Below, in pieces: positions 34,999 through 43,266 of a stretch of DNA of 64,000 bases. Made by a program: the position numbers and the translations under genes. Every line of letters starts with the position of its first letter. The first letter of the stretch is position 1. The stretch comes from Vicinamibacterales bacterium (GTDB lineage: Bacteria; Acidobacteriota; Vicinamibacteria; Vicinamibacterales; UBA8438): contig CBDAVM010000001.1 of assembly GCA_965200895.1 (NCBI GenBank), positions 2,484,335 to 2,548,334 on the forward strand. The letters run 5' to 3'. The notes under the pieces are model-generated. The model was not told the origin of the DNA. It ran no database searches and was given only the letters and a program-made list of their open reading frames with translations.

Positions 34999-36345
34999 CT
35001 ACACCTGCGGCAGCTTCCAGGGGCCGTCGTACTTCGCCTTCAACAGCACGTTGGCCGCGTCGTTGTCCTGGAAGGTCATCTGCTCGCCGTCCCAGTGCAC
35101 CTTCGCGCCGGTCCGGAAGGCGATGTTGCCGAGATGCGCGTTGACCGCGGCCAGGCTGCCGACCTCGGCGTTGCAGACCGGCTGGCGGCGCGTCTTCATG
35201 CAGTCGATGAAGTTCGCGGTGTGCTGGTCGAGCCCGCGTTGCCCGGCCGCCGCCACGACCGGCGGGCGCGTCTCCATGCGCCAGGCGACCGGGCGTCGGT
35301 TCTCGAGCTTCTCCTCGGGGAAGATCTCCCAGCCCCGGCGGTCGACGACCAGCGTCCCGTTGTTGCCGACGAACGCCACCCCGTGGGCGCGCTGGAACGG
35401 TCCGAGCTCGATCATGGTGGCCTGCTCCCAGACCATCAGGAAGTCGTCGAACTCGTAGAGTGCGGTCAGCGTGTCGGGCGTCTCCTGGGCGTCGTCCGGG
35501 TAGGCGAGCTTGCCGCCGCTGGCCGCGATGGAGTTGGGCGCGCCGGCCTGCATGCCCCAGAGGACGATGTCGATGATGTGCACGCCCCAGTCGGTCATCA
35601 GGCCGCCGGCGTAGTCCCAGTACCAGCGGAAGTTGAAGTGGAAGCGGTTGCGGTTGAAGGGCCGCTTCGGGGCCGGGCCCAGCCACATGTCGTAGTCGAC
35701 GCCGTCGGGGGCGGGCTCGTCCGGCACGTTCGGCACCGGCGGCAGCCAGTTCATGTAGGCCCAGGCCCGCACCGTCCGGATACGTCCGAGCTTGCCGGAG
35801 TGCACGAAGTCGATCGCCTCGGCCCAGTGCGGGCCGCTGCGCTGCCACTGGCCGATCTGAACGACCCGGTCGTAGCGCTTCGCCGCCGCCACCATCAGAC
35901 GGCTCTCCTCGATGGAATTGGCGAGAGGCTTCTCGCAGTAGACGTCCTTGCCCGCCTCGCACGCCTCGACCATCTGCAGGCAGTGCCAGTGGTCCGGCGT
36001 GCCGATGACCACCGCGTCGAGGTCCGGATTCTCCAGCAGGGCCCGGTAGTCGCCGTAGACCTTCGGCGTGGCCGACGTCATGTCCTCCACATCGCGCTTG
36101 CGCCGCTCCAGCACGCCGGCGTCGACGTCGCACAGCGCCCCGCACTCCACCTCGTTCATCCGCAGCAGGGACCGCAGGTTCGAGAAACCCATTCCGTTGC
36201 AGCCGATGACGCCGATGACAATCCGGTCGCTCGGCGACACCCCCTGCTCGCGGGTGCGGACGGCGGTCGGCAACAGCGATGCGGCGCCCGCGCCGGCTGC
36301 GGCGGCGGTTGAATCGGTCAGAAAGCGGCGACGTGTGATTGGCAT
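34999..36345 (-). CDS. Gfo/Idh/MocA-family oxidoreductase with twin-arginine signal
   Basis: MPITRRRFLTDSTAAAAGAGAA (Tat-like). Rossmann IVIGVIGCNGMG. SD GAGGAG before the ATG at 36345. Commonly paired with DUF1080 genes. Confidence 0.85.
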   Translation of the reverse strand: MPITRRRFLTDSTAAAAGAGAASLLPTAVRTREQGVSPSDRIVIGVIGCNGMGFSNLRSLLRMNEVECGALCDVDAGVLERRKRDVEDMTSATPKVYGDYRALLENPDLDAVVIGTPDHWHCLQMVEACEAGKDVYCEKPLANSIEESRLMVAAAKRYDRVVQIGQWQRSGPHWAEAIDFVHSGKLGRIRTVRAWAYMNWLPPVPNVPDEPAPDGVDYDMWLGPAPKRPFNRNRFHFNFRWYWDYAGGLMTDWGVHIIDIVLWGMQAGAPNSIAASGGKLAYPDDAQETPDTLTALYEFDDFLMVWEQATMIELGPFQRAHGVAFVGNNGTLVVDRRGWEIFPEEKLENRRPVAWRMETRPPVVAAAGQRGLDQHTANFIDCMKTRRQPVCNAEVGSLAAVNAHLGNIAFRTGAKVHWDGEQMTFQDNDAANVLLKAKYDGPWKLPQV

Positions 36346-36663
36346 GGCAACTCCTCGCAGCACGTATTCTATCCGGGATCCTGAGCGTTCCGAAGTACAC
36401 GAAGGGACTGTCGAACCCGCGGCGTCGGACGCCGATGGCGTCCCACAGCGCCGTCCGGTCCCAGGTCGGATTGAAGGCGCTCACCAGGTTCCCGGAGACG
36501 GGAGCGACGGGCGGGTCGCGGTCGTGCGACGGCGCGCGAAAGCCATGCGGGCGTTCCCAGGCGCTCGCGGCGCAGAACGCCGCGGAGTGCGTTCCGCGCC
36601 GCAAGCTTCCGGGGCGATGGGAACTGCGGCCAACGCGGAGCCTTGACGACGGGTTGGCCGGCG

Positions 36664-37692
36664 CTAGCGCGACGCGTCCTGCCCCTCGCCCTCCAGGGCG
36701 CCGGCCAGAATGACCGCCATCGAGTAGTTCCCTTCGTGGCAGGCATACTCGAAGACAGGCGCCGGGTTCCACTGCATCGGGATCTCGTACGTCCAGGGGG
36801 CGGTCCACGTGTTCGGATCGTCGACCGTCACCTCGTAGAGCAGCACGCCGGCCGCCGCGCGGGTGAAGCGCTCGGTGAGTTGCAGGTCGGCAGTGGCCCC
36901 GCCGCGCATGAAGCTGGTCTCGCGCAGAAAGTTCGTGGTTTCGACGACAAGCGTGTCGCCCTCCCAGCGCCCGCGCGACTCCCCGGCCCACTGGCGCAGG
37001 CCGGTGAACGGCCGGCCGTCGAGCGGGATGACGCGCGGGTTGTGGTTCATCTCGTTGTAGATGACCACGGAATCCGGCGTCTGGAAGAGTTGCATGTTGT
37101 TGTTGTAGCCGCCCGGCGTCATCGGCGGTCCGGCATTGAAGCCGACGATGCAGCGCACCTGCAGCCCGTTGGCGCCGAGGTCATCGACCCAGCCGCCCGG
37201 CGTCGGCTGGTGCGGTCCGGTGTTCCTGCGTGCTTCCGCCAGTGCGTCGCGCCTGGCCTGCGCTTCCTCCGTGAGCGGCGGAATGCGCCCGCTGGGCGGA
37301 TCGACCACCAGCGACGTGCGGTTGGTGGAGACCGCCGACGTGCCGCGGTCGAACCAGAAGTTGTTGTACGACCCGGGTGCGCCGTCGACCCCGCGGTCCA
37401 CGTTGCCGGACGGGTCCGCTTCCGTTCGCCGGGCGGGCCGGGCGGCGAGATCGGCGTTCCGGTCGAGCGCCGCCTGCTCCAGGGCGGTCGCTTCCTCCGC
37501 GGTCAGGAACTCCTGCCCGGCGCGGTCTTCCGGGCGCTCCATCGGGGTGATGGTGCGGAAGTCCCAGACGCCCTGCAGATCGGGGTCGCCCCACGGCGTG
37601 GGTGGGACTTCGCCCTGCGCCGCGACGGACAGGGGAGCCAGTGCCGCGACCGCCAGGATCGTCGACAAACCCGCGATTCGTCCGCGTCCCAT
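36664..37692 (-). CDS. Conserved secreted hypothetical protein, paralog family member A (GRWEGDTLVV motif)
   Basis: ATG at 37692 with SD AGGAGG. Signal MGRGRIAGLSTILAVAALAPLSVAAQ. PDLQGVWD, GESRGRWEGDTLVVETTNF, VTVDDPNTWTAPWT. Confidence 0.7.
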   Translation of the reverse strand: MGRGRIAGLSTILAVAALAPLSVAAQGEVPPTPWGDPDLQGVWDFRTITPMERPEDRAGQEFLTAEEATALEQAALDRNADLAARPARRTEADPSGNVDRGVDGAPGSYNNFWFDRGTSAVSTNRTSLVVDPPSGRIPPLTEEAQARRDALAEARRNTGPHQPTPGGWVDDLGANGLQVRCIVGFNAGPPMTPGGYNNNMQLFQTPDSVVIYNEMNHNPRVIPLDGRPFTGLRQWAGESRGRWEGDTLVVETTNFLRETSFMRGGATADLQLTERFTRAAAGVLLYEVTVDDPNTWTAPWTYEIPMQWNPAPVFEYACHEGNYSMAVILAGALEGEGQDASR

Positions 37693-37960
37693 CAGACACC
37701 TCCTGCAGATATCGATACCGAAATCACCTGATGTATTGGAGAGTCCCACAATAACATGGCTCATTCGACCGGCAGAGTGCACCCGGTTCGCTGTCGTCAT
37801 CCGCAGCACCCGCCTGCTGCATGCCGGGAAAGCGGCTCGACTTCGCCGGGCGTTTGCCGGCCGGGCCGGCCCGCGGCGAGGCCATGCGGTGCAATTGCGC
37901 TGTTGTCCTCGCGGGTGTAACCTGCTGCATCATGCGGTCCGCGCCGACCGCGGGAGGGAC

Positions 37961-38380
37961 ATGCCGATGAGAACGCTGGCGATAGCGCTCGTGAGTGTGG
38001 GGGTGGTGCTGGCCGCGGCAACCGGATCCGCGCACCACTCGTTCTCGGCGGAGTTCGACATCGAGAAGCCGGTCACGCTCGAAGGCAGGCTGACCGAGCT
38101 GGAGTGGGTCAACCCCCACGGGTGGATTCACATGGACGTGGAGGATCCCGACGGCACGGTCACGAACTGGGCCGTCGAGCTGGGCAACCCGACGGCGCTT
38201 CTGCGTCGCGGCCTGCGACGGAGCGACTTTCCGCCGGGGATCGAGTTCGTGGTCGAGGGGTACGAGGCCAAGGACGGCTCACCGACCGCCAATGCGATCA
38301 CCGTGACGTTCCCGGATGGGCGCGACTTCTTCGCCGGCTCGTCCGGCACTGGCGCGCCGGTGCCGCAGGGACAGCGCTAG
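37961..38380 (+). CDS. DUF6152-like small secreted protein
   Basis: SD GGGAGGG. Signal MPMRTLAIALVSVGVVLAAATGSA, then HHSFSAEFD...VTLEGRLTELEWVNPHGWIHMDV, as in DUF6152 proteins as I recall them. Confidence 0.6.
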   Translation: MPMRTLAIALVSVGVVLAAATGSAHHSFSAEFDIEKPVTLEGRLTELEWVNPHGWIHMDVEDPDGTVTNWAVELGNPTALLRRGLRRSDFPPGIEFVVEGYEAKDGSPTANAITVTFPDGRDFFAGSSGTGAPVPQGQR

Positions 38381-38515
38381 GAGCTTGCGCCGCAGAACGC
38401 AGCGAAGCGAAGTGCCGAGGCGCAGGGTCATGGAGCGGGGGATGGGCCGAAAACGCCGATCCCGCGCGGCGTTTCGGGGCGCTGGGGCGCCGTGCGCGCG
38501 CCATCGCGCGGAGGG

Positions 38516-39307
38516 ATGATCATCGTGTCCAAGCGATCCATGCCGGCCGTCTTCGCGGCCATCTGTTTCTGTCTGTTCCTGTCGCTGCCCGTGGCGGCGC
38601 CGGCGCAGTCCGGCTCTGCGGAGACCTACGTGCCGCCGCGCACGCCGGACGGGCAGCCCGACCTGCAGGGCATCTGGCAGGCGCTCAACACCGCCGCCTG
38701 GGACATCCAGGACCACCGGCCGAGCGCCGGGGTGCCCGCCGGCCAGGGCGTCGTCGACGGAAACGAGATCCCGTACCAGCCATGGGCGCTCGCGCAGAAG
38801 CGGGAGAACTACGAGAACCGGCTGACCGCCGACCCCAACCGGCAGTGCTATCTGCCGGGCGTGCCGCGGATCACCTACATGCCGTATCCCTTCCAGATTC
38901 TCCAGTTCTCCGATCGCATCCTGATCCTGTACGAGTATGTGCACGCCTCGCGCACCGTCTACATGGACGGAAGCGCGCACCCCGAGGGGCACATCGACTT
39001 CTGGATGGGCGATTCGCGCGGGCGCTGGGAGGGCGACACGCTGGTCGTCGACGTGATCCACTTCAACGACCGGACGTGGTTCGACCGGGCCGGCAACTTC
39101 CACAGCGAGGCCCTGCACGTGGTCGAGCGCTACACGCCGACTGGACCGGATCACCTGCACTACGAGGTCACGATCGAGGATCCGAAGGTGTTCACGCGGC
39201 CCTGGACGATGAGCATGCCGCTCTATCGGCGCCAGGAAGCGAACGTCCAGCTCCTGGAGTACGAATGCTACGCCTACTCCGAGGAGGAGCTGGCGGCGGA
39301 CAAATGA
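38516..39307 (+). CDS. Conserved secreted hypothetical protein, paralog family member B
   Basis: ATG at 38516 after GGAGGG. PDLQGIWQ, GDSRGRWEGDTLVVDVIHFND, HVVERY, VTIEDPKVFTRPWT. Confidence 0.7.
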   Translation: MIIVSKRSMPAVFAAICFCLFLSLPVAAPAQSGSAETYVPPRTPDGQPDLQGIWQALNTAAWDIQDHRPSAGVPAGQGVVDGNEIPYQPWALAQKRENYENRLTADPNRQCYLPGVPRITYMPYPFQILQFSDRILILYEYVHASRTVYMDGSAHPEGHIDFWMGDSRGRWEGDTLVVDVIHFNDRTWFDRAGNFHSEALHVVERYTPTGPDHLHYEVTIEDPKVFTRPWTMSMPLYRRQEANVQLLEYECYAYSEEELAADK

Positions 39308-39389
39308 CCGTTTCGAATCGCGCGTCGCCCGCGACGGGAACGACCCTGCGGGCGGGGACTTTCGCCACGGGCTGTCCAGGGAGGATCCG

Positions 39390-40355
39390 ATGAGTAGACG
39401 CTGTGTCCGTGCCATGGTCGCGACGGCGGCCTGCGTGGCGACGGTTTCGCTGGCTTCGCCGCCCGCGTCGGGACCGGACCTGCCGGCGCCGCTGGCGGCG
39501 GTGGTCGTGGCCGCCGGCCCGGGCGGCTCCGGTGCAGGTGGCGGGCAGGCCGCGGAGCTGCCGCGGACTCCCGACGGCCACCCGGACATGCAGGGCTACT
39601 GGGACGGCGGCCCGGGCAATGCCTCGCACAGCATCGAGGAGGGCTGCTGCGACGCGATACACGCGCGGATGCAGAACCGCACACCGGACCGGCTCGGCCT
39701 GCCCGAGCCGATGATCGTCGACCCGCCGAACGGGCGGATTCCCTACCGGCCGTGGGCGGCGGAGAAGCGCATCGAGTTCCTGTTCGACATGGAGACTCCG
39801 ACCGAGCTGTCGCACATCGATCCCGAGGACCGCTGCCTGCTGAACGGCGTGCCGCGCAGCAACTACCGCGGGGATATCGAGATCAGACAGAACGACACCC
39901 ACGTGGTGATGCTGTACGAGTGGGCCCACGCCTACCGCGTCGTGCCGACGGACGGCAGCCCCCACATCGGTGCGGACATCGCCCTGTTCAACGGCGACTC
40001 GCGCGGGCGCTGGGAGGGCGACACGCTGGTCGTCGACGCGACGAACTTCAACGACGTGCCGTGGCTCGACTCGCACGGCAGCTTCTACAGCGAGCAGCTC
40101 CACGTGGTCGAGCGCTGGCGCATGCTCGACGCGGACACCATCCGCTACGAGGCGACCATCGAGGACCCGGCGGTGTTCACCCGGCCCTGGACACTCGCGT
40201 TCACCATGGGCCGCATCGGCGCCGACGGCGAATACGAGTTCTATGAGGAGGCCTGCTGGGAAGGCGTCACCAACCGGCGCCGGCTGGCCGCCGGGCGCAT
40301 CGCGGTCGCCAACGGCGAGCGCTTCATGCACACGCACGACGACCCGCAGCAGTAG
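39390..40355 (+). CDS. Conserved secreted hypothetical protein, paralog family member C
   Basis: SD GGGAGG. PDMQGYWD, GDSRGRWEGDTLVVDATNFND, HVVERW, ATIEDPAVFTRPWT. Confidence 0.7.
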   Translation: MSRRCVRAMVATAACVATVSLASPPASGPDLPAPLAAVVVAAGPGGSGAGGGQAAELPRTPDGHPDMQGYWDGGPGNASHSIEEGCCDAIHARMQNRTPDRLGLPEPMIVDPPNGRIPYRPWAAEKRIEFLFDMETPTELSHIDPEDRCLLNGVPRSNYRGDIEIRQNDTHVVMLYEWAHAYRVVPTDGSPHIGADIALFNGDSRGRWEGDTLVVDATNFNDVPWLDSHGSFYSEQLHVVERWRMLDADTIRYEATIEDPAVFTRPWTLAFTMGRIGADGEYEFYEEACWEGVTNRRRLAAGRIAVANGERFMHTHDDPQQ

Positions 40356-40421
40356 CCCGGCGGGCGCCGACCGGGGGTTGCGGTCATCGATGCGGGCCGC
40401 AGCCGCGGCACTCGGAGGGAG

Positions 40422-40451
40422 TTGACGTCAGGGAACACGGCAAGGTAGGGT
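40422..40451 (+). promoter_or_regulatory. Candidate sigma70-type promoter for the 40.5-45.7 kb operon
   Basis: TTGACG (40422..40427), an 18-nt spacer, then TAGGGT (40446..40451). This is the only -35-like hexamer in this intergenic region. Confidence 0.3.
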
Positions 40452-40500
40452 CGCCCACGGCATCGGGAGTGCGATTCACAGGACCGGTAGTCTGCGGCGA

Positions 40501-40974
40501 ATGTTGGGCCGACGCCCGGGCACGTGTTACGGGGGTCGGTCGTTTCGCGTACCGGCTGCCTGTGCCACGTTGCGCCGACGGCGCGAGAACGACATCGTGA
40601 CGGCTCATCATTTCATCGGGGAAGGCGACTTCTCGGACCGCCTGCAGGCCGCCTGTGGCGACCCGCCGAACCTGCTTGCCGTCGTCGCCGCCGCCGTGCG
40701 CGAGGCCGGCCTGCAGGTGGTTGCCGACCAGGCCGTGGAGTTCGCCGGTGGGGGCGCCACGCTGGTCTGGGTGCTCGCGGAATCGCATCTCGTCCTGCAT
40801 CTGTGGCCCGAGTTGAGCCGAGCCACCCTCGACCTGCACGTCTGCGACTACCGGGATTCGAACCGCGTCAAGGCGCGGCGGCTGCGGGATGCGCTGACCG
40901 CGCTCTGTTTCGCGCCCGATTCGGCGGCGTGGCGCGAACTGGCCGTCGGCGGAGATGCTGCGTCCGGTGGCTGA
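40501..40974 (+). CDS. S-adenosylmethionine decarboxylase-like (pyruvoyl, SpeD/SpeH class 1) protein
   Basis: LAESHLVLHLWPELSRATLDLHVCD matches the ESH self-cleavage site and HxxPE...C motifs of small bacterial AdoMetDC. The true start may be the GTG at 40597, which gives about 125 aa (typical size). Confidence 0.65.
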   Translation: MLGRRPGTCYGGRSFRVPAACATLRRRRENDIVTAHHFIGEGDFSDRLQAACGDPPNLLAVVAAAVREAGLQVVADQAVEFAGGGATLVWVLAESHLVLHLWPELSRATLDLHVCDYRDSNRVKARRLRDALTALCFAPDSAAWRELAVGGDAASGG

Positions 40975-41812
40975 TTCGGGCCATGAGGCCCAGTATCGCG
41001 GCTTCTGGGCCGACGTCGGCGCCACCTTTCCCGATCTTGCCGGCGCCCGCTCCACGACGCAGTACCGCCACGACGAACAGTGGCTCCTGCGCACGCAGTT
41101 GCCCCCGCTCGAGGACCTGCGGATCCTGAAGACGGATCTGTGGGATGAGGCGAAGAACACCCACGTGCTGCGCTGGGCCGCCGCCGAGGGCGCACGGGCG
41201 ATCGGCGTAGACATCTCGCCGGCCATCGCGATGGAAGCCCGCCGGGGATTCATCGTCGACGGCCATCGGCTGCTCGCCGTCCAGGGCGACGTGCGCGCCC
41301 TGCCGTTCCGGTCCGGCAGCGTCGACGCCGTCTACTCGATGGGCACCGTCGAGCACTTCGACGATACGGAAGGCGCGGTGCGCGAGATCTTCCGCGTGCT
41401 GCGTCCCGGTGGGCGAGCCATCATCGGCGTGCCGAACCGCCACGACCCGTTCCTGCGCCCACTACTGGTCGTGCTGCTGTACCATCTGGGTCTTTACGGT
41501 TACGGTTTCGAGAAGTCGTACTCGCGCCGTGCGTTGCGCGGCATGCTCGAACGCGCCGGCTTCGATGTGCGCGCCGAAACCGGTATCCTGTTCATTCCAG
41601 GCTGGCTGCGGATGCTCGATCTCGCCTGCCATGCGTGGTTGCGGCCGGTCGCCAGGTTGACCGGGGCATTGTGCGCCCCCTTCGACTGGCTGTCGCGGCG
41701 CTACCCGCGCCTTCGGCGCCACGGCTATCTGATCGCCGCCGTCGGAGTGCGGCCGGCGGTGAACAGGGCGGGCGCCGGGCCGGGAGTGTTCCCGGGAGGA
41801 ATCGCCGGATGA
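40955..41812 (+). CDS. Class I SAM-dependent methyltransferase-fold protein
   Basis: GVDISPAIAMEAR...GDVRALPFRSGSVDAVYSMGTVEHFDD...VLRPGGRAII (Methyltransf_11-like). Motif I is atypical (ILKTDLWDE instead of the Gly-rich loop). Overlaps the upstream gene by 20 nt. Confidence 0.7.
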   Translation: MLRPVADSGHEAQYRGFWADVGATFPDLAGARSTTQYRHDEQWLLRTQLPPLEDLRILKTDLWDEAKNTHVLRWAAAEGARAIGVDISPAIAMEARRGFIVDGHRLLAVQGDVRALPFRSGSVDAVYSMGTVEHFDDTEGAVREIFRVLRPGGRAIIGVPNRHDPFLRPLLVVLLYHLGLYGYGFEKSYSRRALRGMLERAGFDVRAETGILFIPGWLRMLDLACHAWLRPVARLTGALCAPFDWLSRRYPRLRRHGYLIAAVGVRPAVNRAGAGPGVFPGGIAG

Positions 41813-43236
41813 AGCCCTCCGCAACTTCTGATCGGTCCCCGAGCACGGGCTCCGGCGGCCTGCGATACGCCGCCACTGTCGGCGCCTGGTTCGTCGGGCT
41901 GTTCGGGCTGATGCGGCTCGGCTGGGTGGAGGGCAGCGTGCTGACTCCCTTCGCTCGCATCCAGCAGCAGGTGGCCGACCAGTTGACCGGCGCCCCGTCC
42001 GACCTGGTCTATGCCGACGCGAGCTGCAGCGGCGGCGACCCGATGGCGCTGTGCGCCGGGGCGATATTCTCCTTCCCCGCCGCCTGGGGCGCGCGTCTGC
42101 GCGGCGCGGCGTTTGGCCTGCTGTTGATCACGCTGCTGAACGTCGTCCGGTTGGGCCACCTGTCGCTGGTGGCGAGCGACCGCGCGCTGCTGGAACTGCT
42201 TCACATATACGTCTGGCCGGGCATCCTGATCCTCGCGACCACGGCCTACGTCTTCGGCTGGATGAACCGCCAGGGACCTGATGCCCCGGCCGGCGCCGCG
42301 CCGGGCGCCGTGGTGCTGGACAGTGCGGCGCGGCGGTTCCTGGTGCTGGCGGCGCTGCTGGTGGTCGTCTATTTCGCCACTGCGCCGTTCTTCTACGAGA
42401 GCCCGGCCGTCGACGTGATTGCGGGTTGGATTGCCGCCGTCGGCGGCGCCCTTCTGCACGCGGCAAGGACGGCGGCGACGGTCGAAGGTCCCCTCATCCG
42501 GACGGCGCACGGCGCCTTCGTCGTGACCCAGGAGTGCATCTTCACGCCGTTGATCCCGCTCTACATCGCCGGCGCGCTGACGGCGCGGCTGACGCCGGCG
42601 CGTCGCGCCGCGGCCCTGGCCGCGACGCCGGCGGTCTTCTTTGCGCTCGGCGTCTCGCGCCTGCTGGTGCTGGCCGTGCCCGCCGCCGTGATCGGTTCGT
42701 ACACCACGGCGATTCACGCCTTCTCGCAGATGCTGGTGGCGTTGATCCTGGTCGTCGCGGCCGCCGTCCGCGTCGTGGGACCGACGGCAGGAACGCGAGC
42801 CGCAACCATCCGCGCGCTGGGCGCGGTGGGACTCGGCATCGCTGCCGGAAGCGCGGCCGCGCCGGTCTGGGGCGCGCTGTTCGGCGGGGCGGCAGCGGGT
42901 CTGCAGGCTCTGGCAGGCCACCCGGGCCACGTCTTCGTCGACATCCAGGGCGCCTGGGCGATCGTGCCGGCCTTCCAGCTCGGCCTCTTCACATCCCTCT
43001 GGGCAGCCGTCGCGGGCCGGACCGGGTGGCGCCGCGCGGCGCTCGGGCTCTGCGTCCTCGCGGTTGCGCAGGCGGTGCTCGTCCCGGTGGTCGGGGAGCT
43101 CGCGCACCATTACGGCTTCGACCCGCACGTCGGACTGATTCGCGGCTGGGCCCTCGCCGCCCCGGCGGCGCTCGTCTGGCGGCTGCGCCGCCCGGCGCCC
43201 GGTGCGATCGGGTTGCCGACCCCGGTCAGCGCCTGA
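41809..43236 (+). CDS. Polytopic membrane protein with two tandem exosortase/archaeosortase-like cores
   Basis: ATGA overlap with the upstream stop. First core: ADASCSGG (C73), LLNVVRLG (R114), LLHIYVWPG (H132). Second core: TQECIFTP (C243), LGVSRLL (R284), AIHAFSQ (H303). Many hydrophobic helices. Confidence 0.6.
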   Translation: MKPSATSDRSPSTGSGGLRYAATVGAWFVGLFGLMRLGWVEGSVLTPFARIQQQVADQLTGAPSDLVYADASCSGGDPMALCAGAIFSFPAAWGARLRGAAFGLLLITLLNVVRLGHLSLVASDRALLELLHIYVWPGILILATTAYVFGWMNRQGPDAPAGAAPGAVVLDSAARRFLVLAALLVVVYFATAPFFYESPAVDVIAGWIAAVGGALLHAARTAATVEGPLIRTAHGAFVVTQECIFTPLIPLYIAGALTARLTPARRAAALAATPAVFFALGVSRLLVLAVPAAVIGSYTTAIHAFSQMLVALILVVAAAVRVVGPTAGTRAATIRALGAVGLGIAAGSAAAPVWGALFGGAAAGLQALAGHPGHVFVDIQGAWAIVPAFQLGLFTSLWAAVAGRTGWRRAALGLCVLAVAQAVLVPVVGELAHHYGFDPHVGLIRGWALAAPAALVWRLRRPAPGAIGLPTPVSA

Positions 43237-43266
43237 ACAGCAATACACTGTCAGACGCTGGACAAC

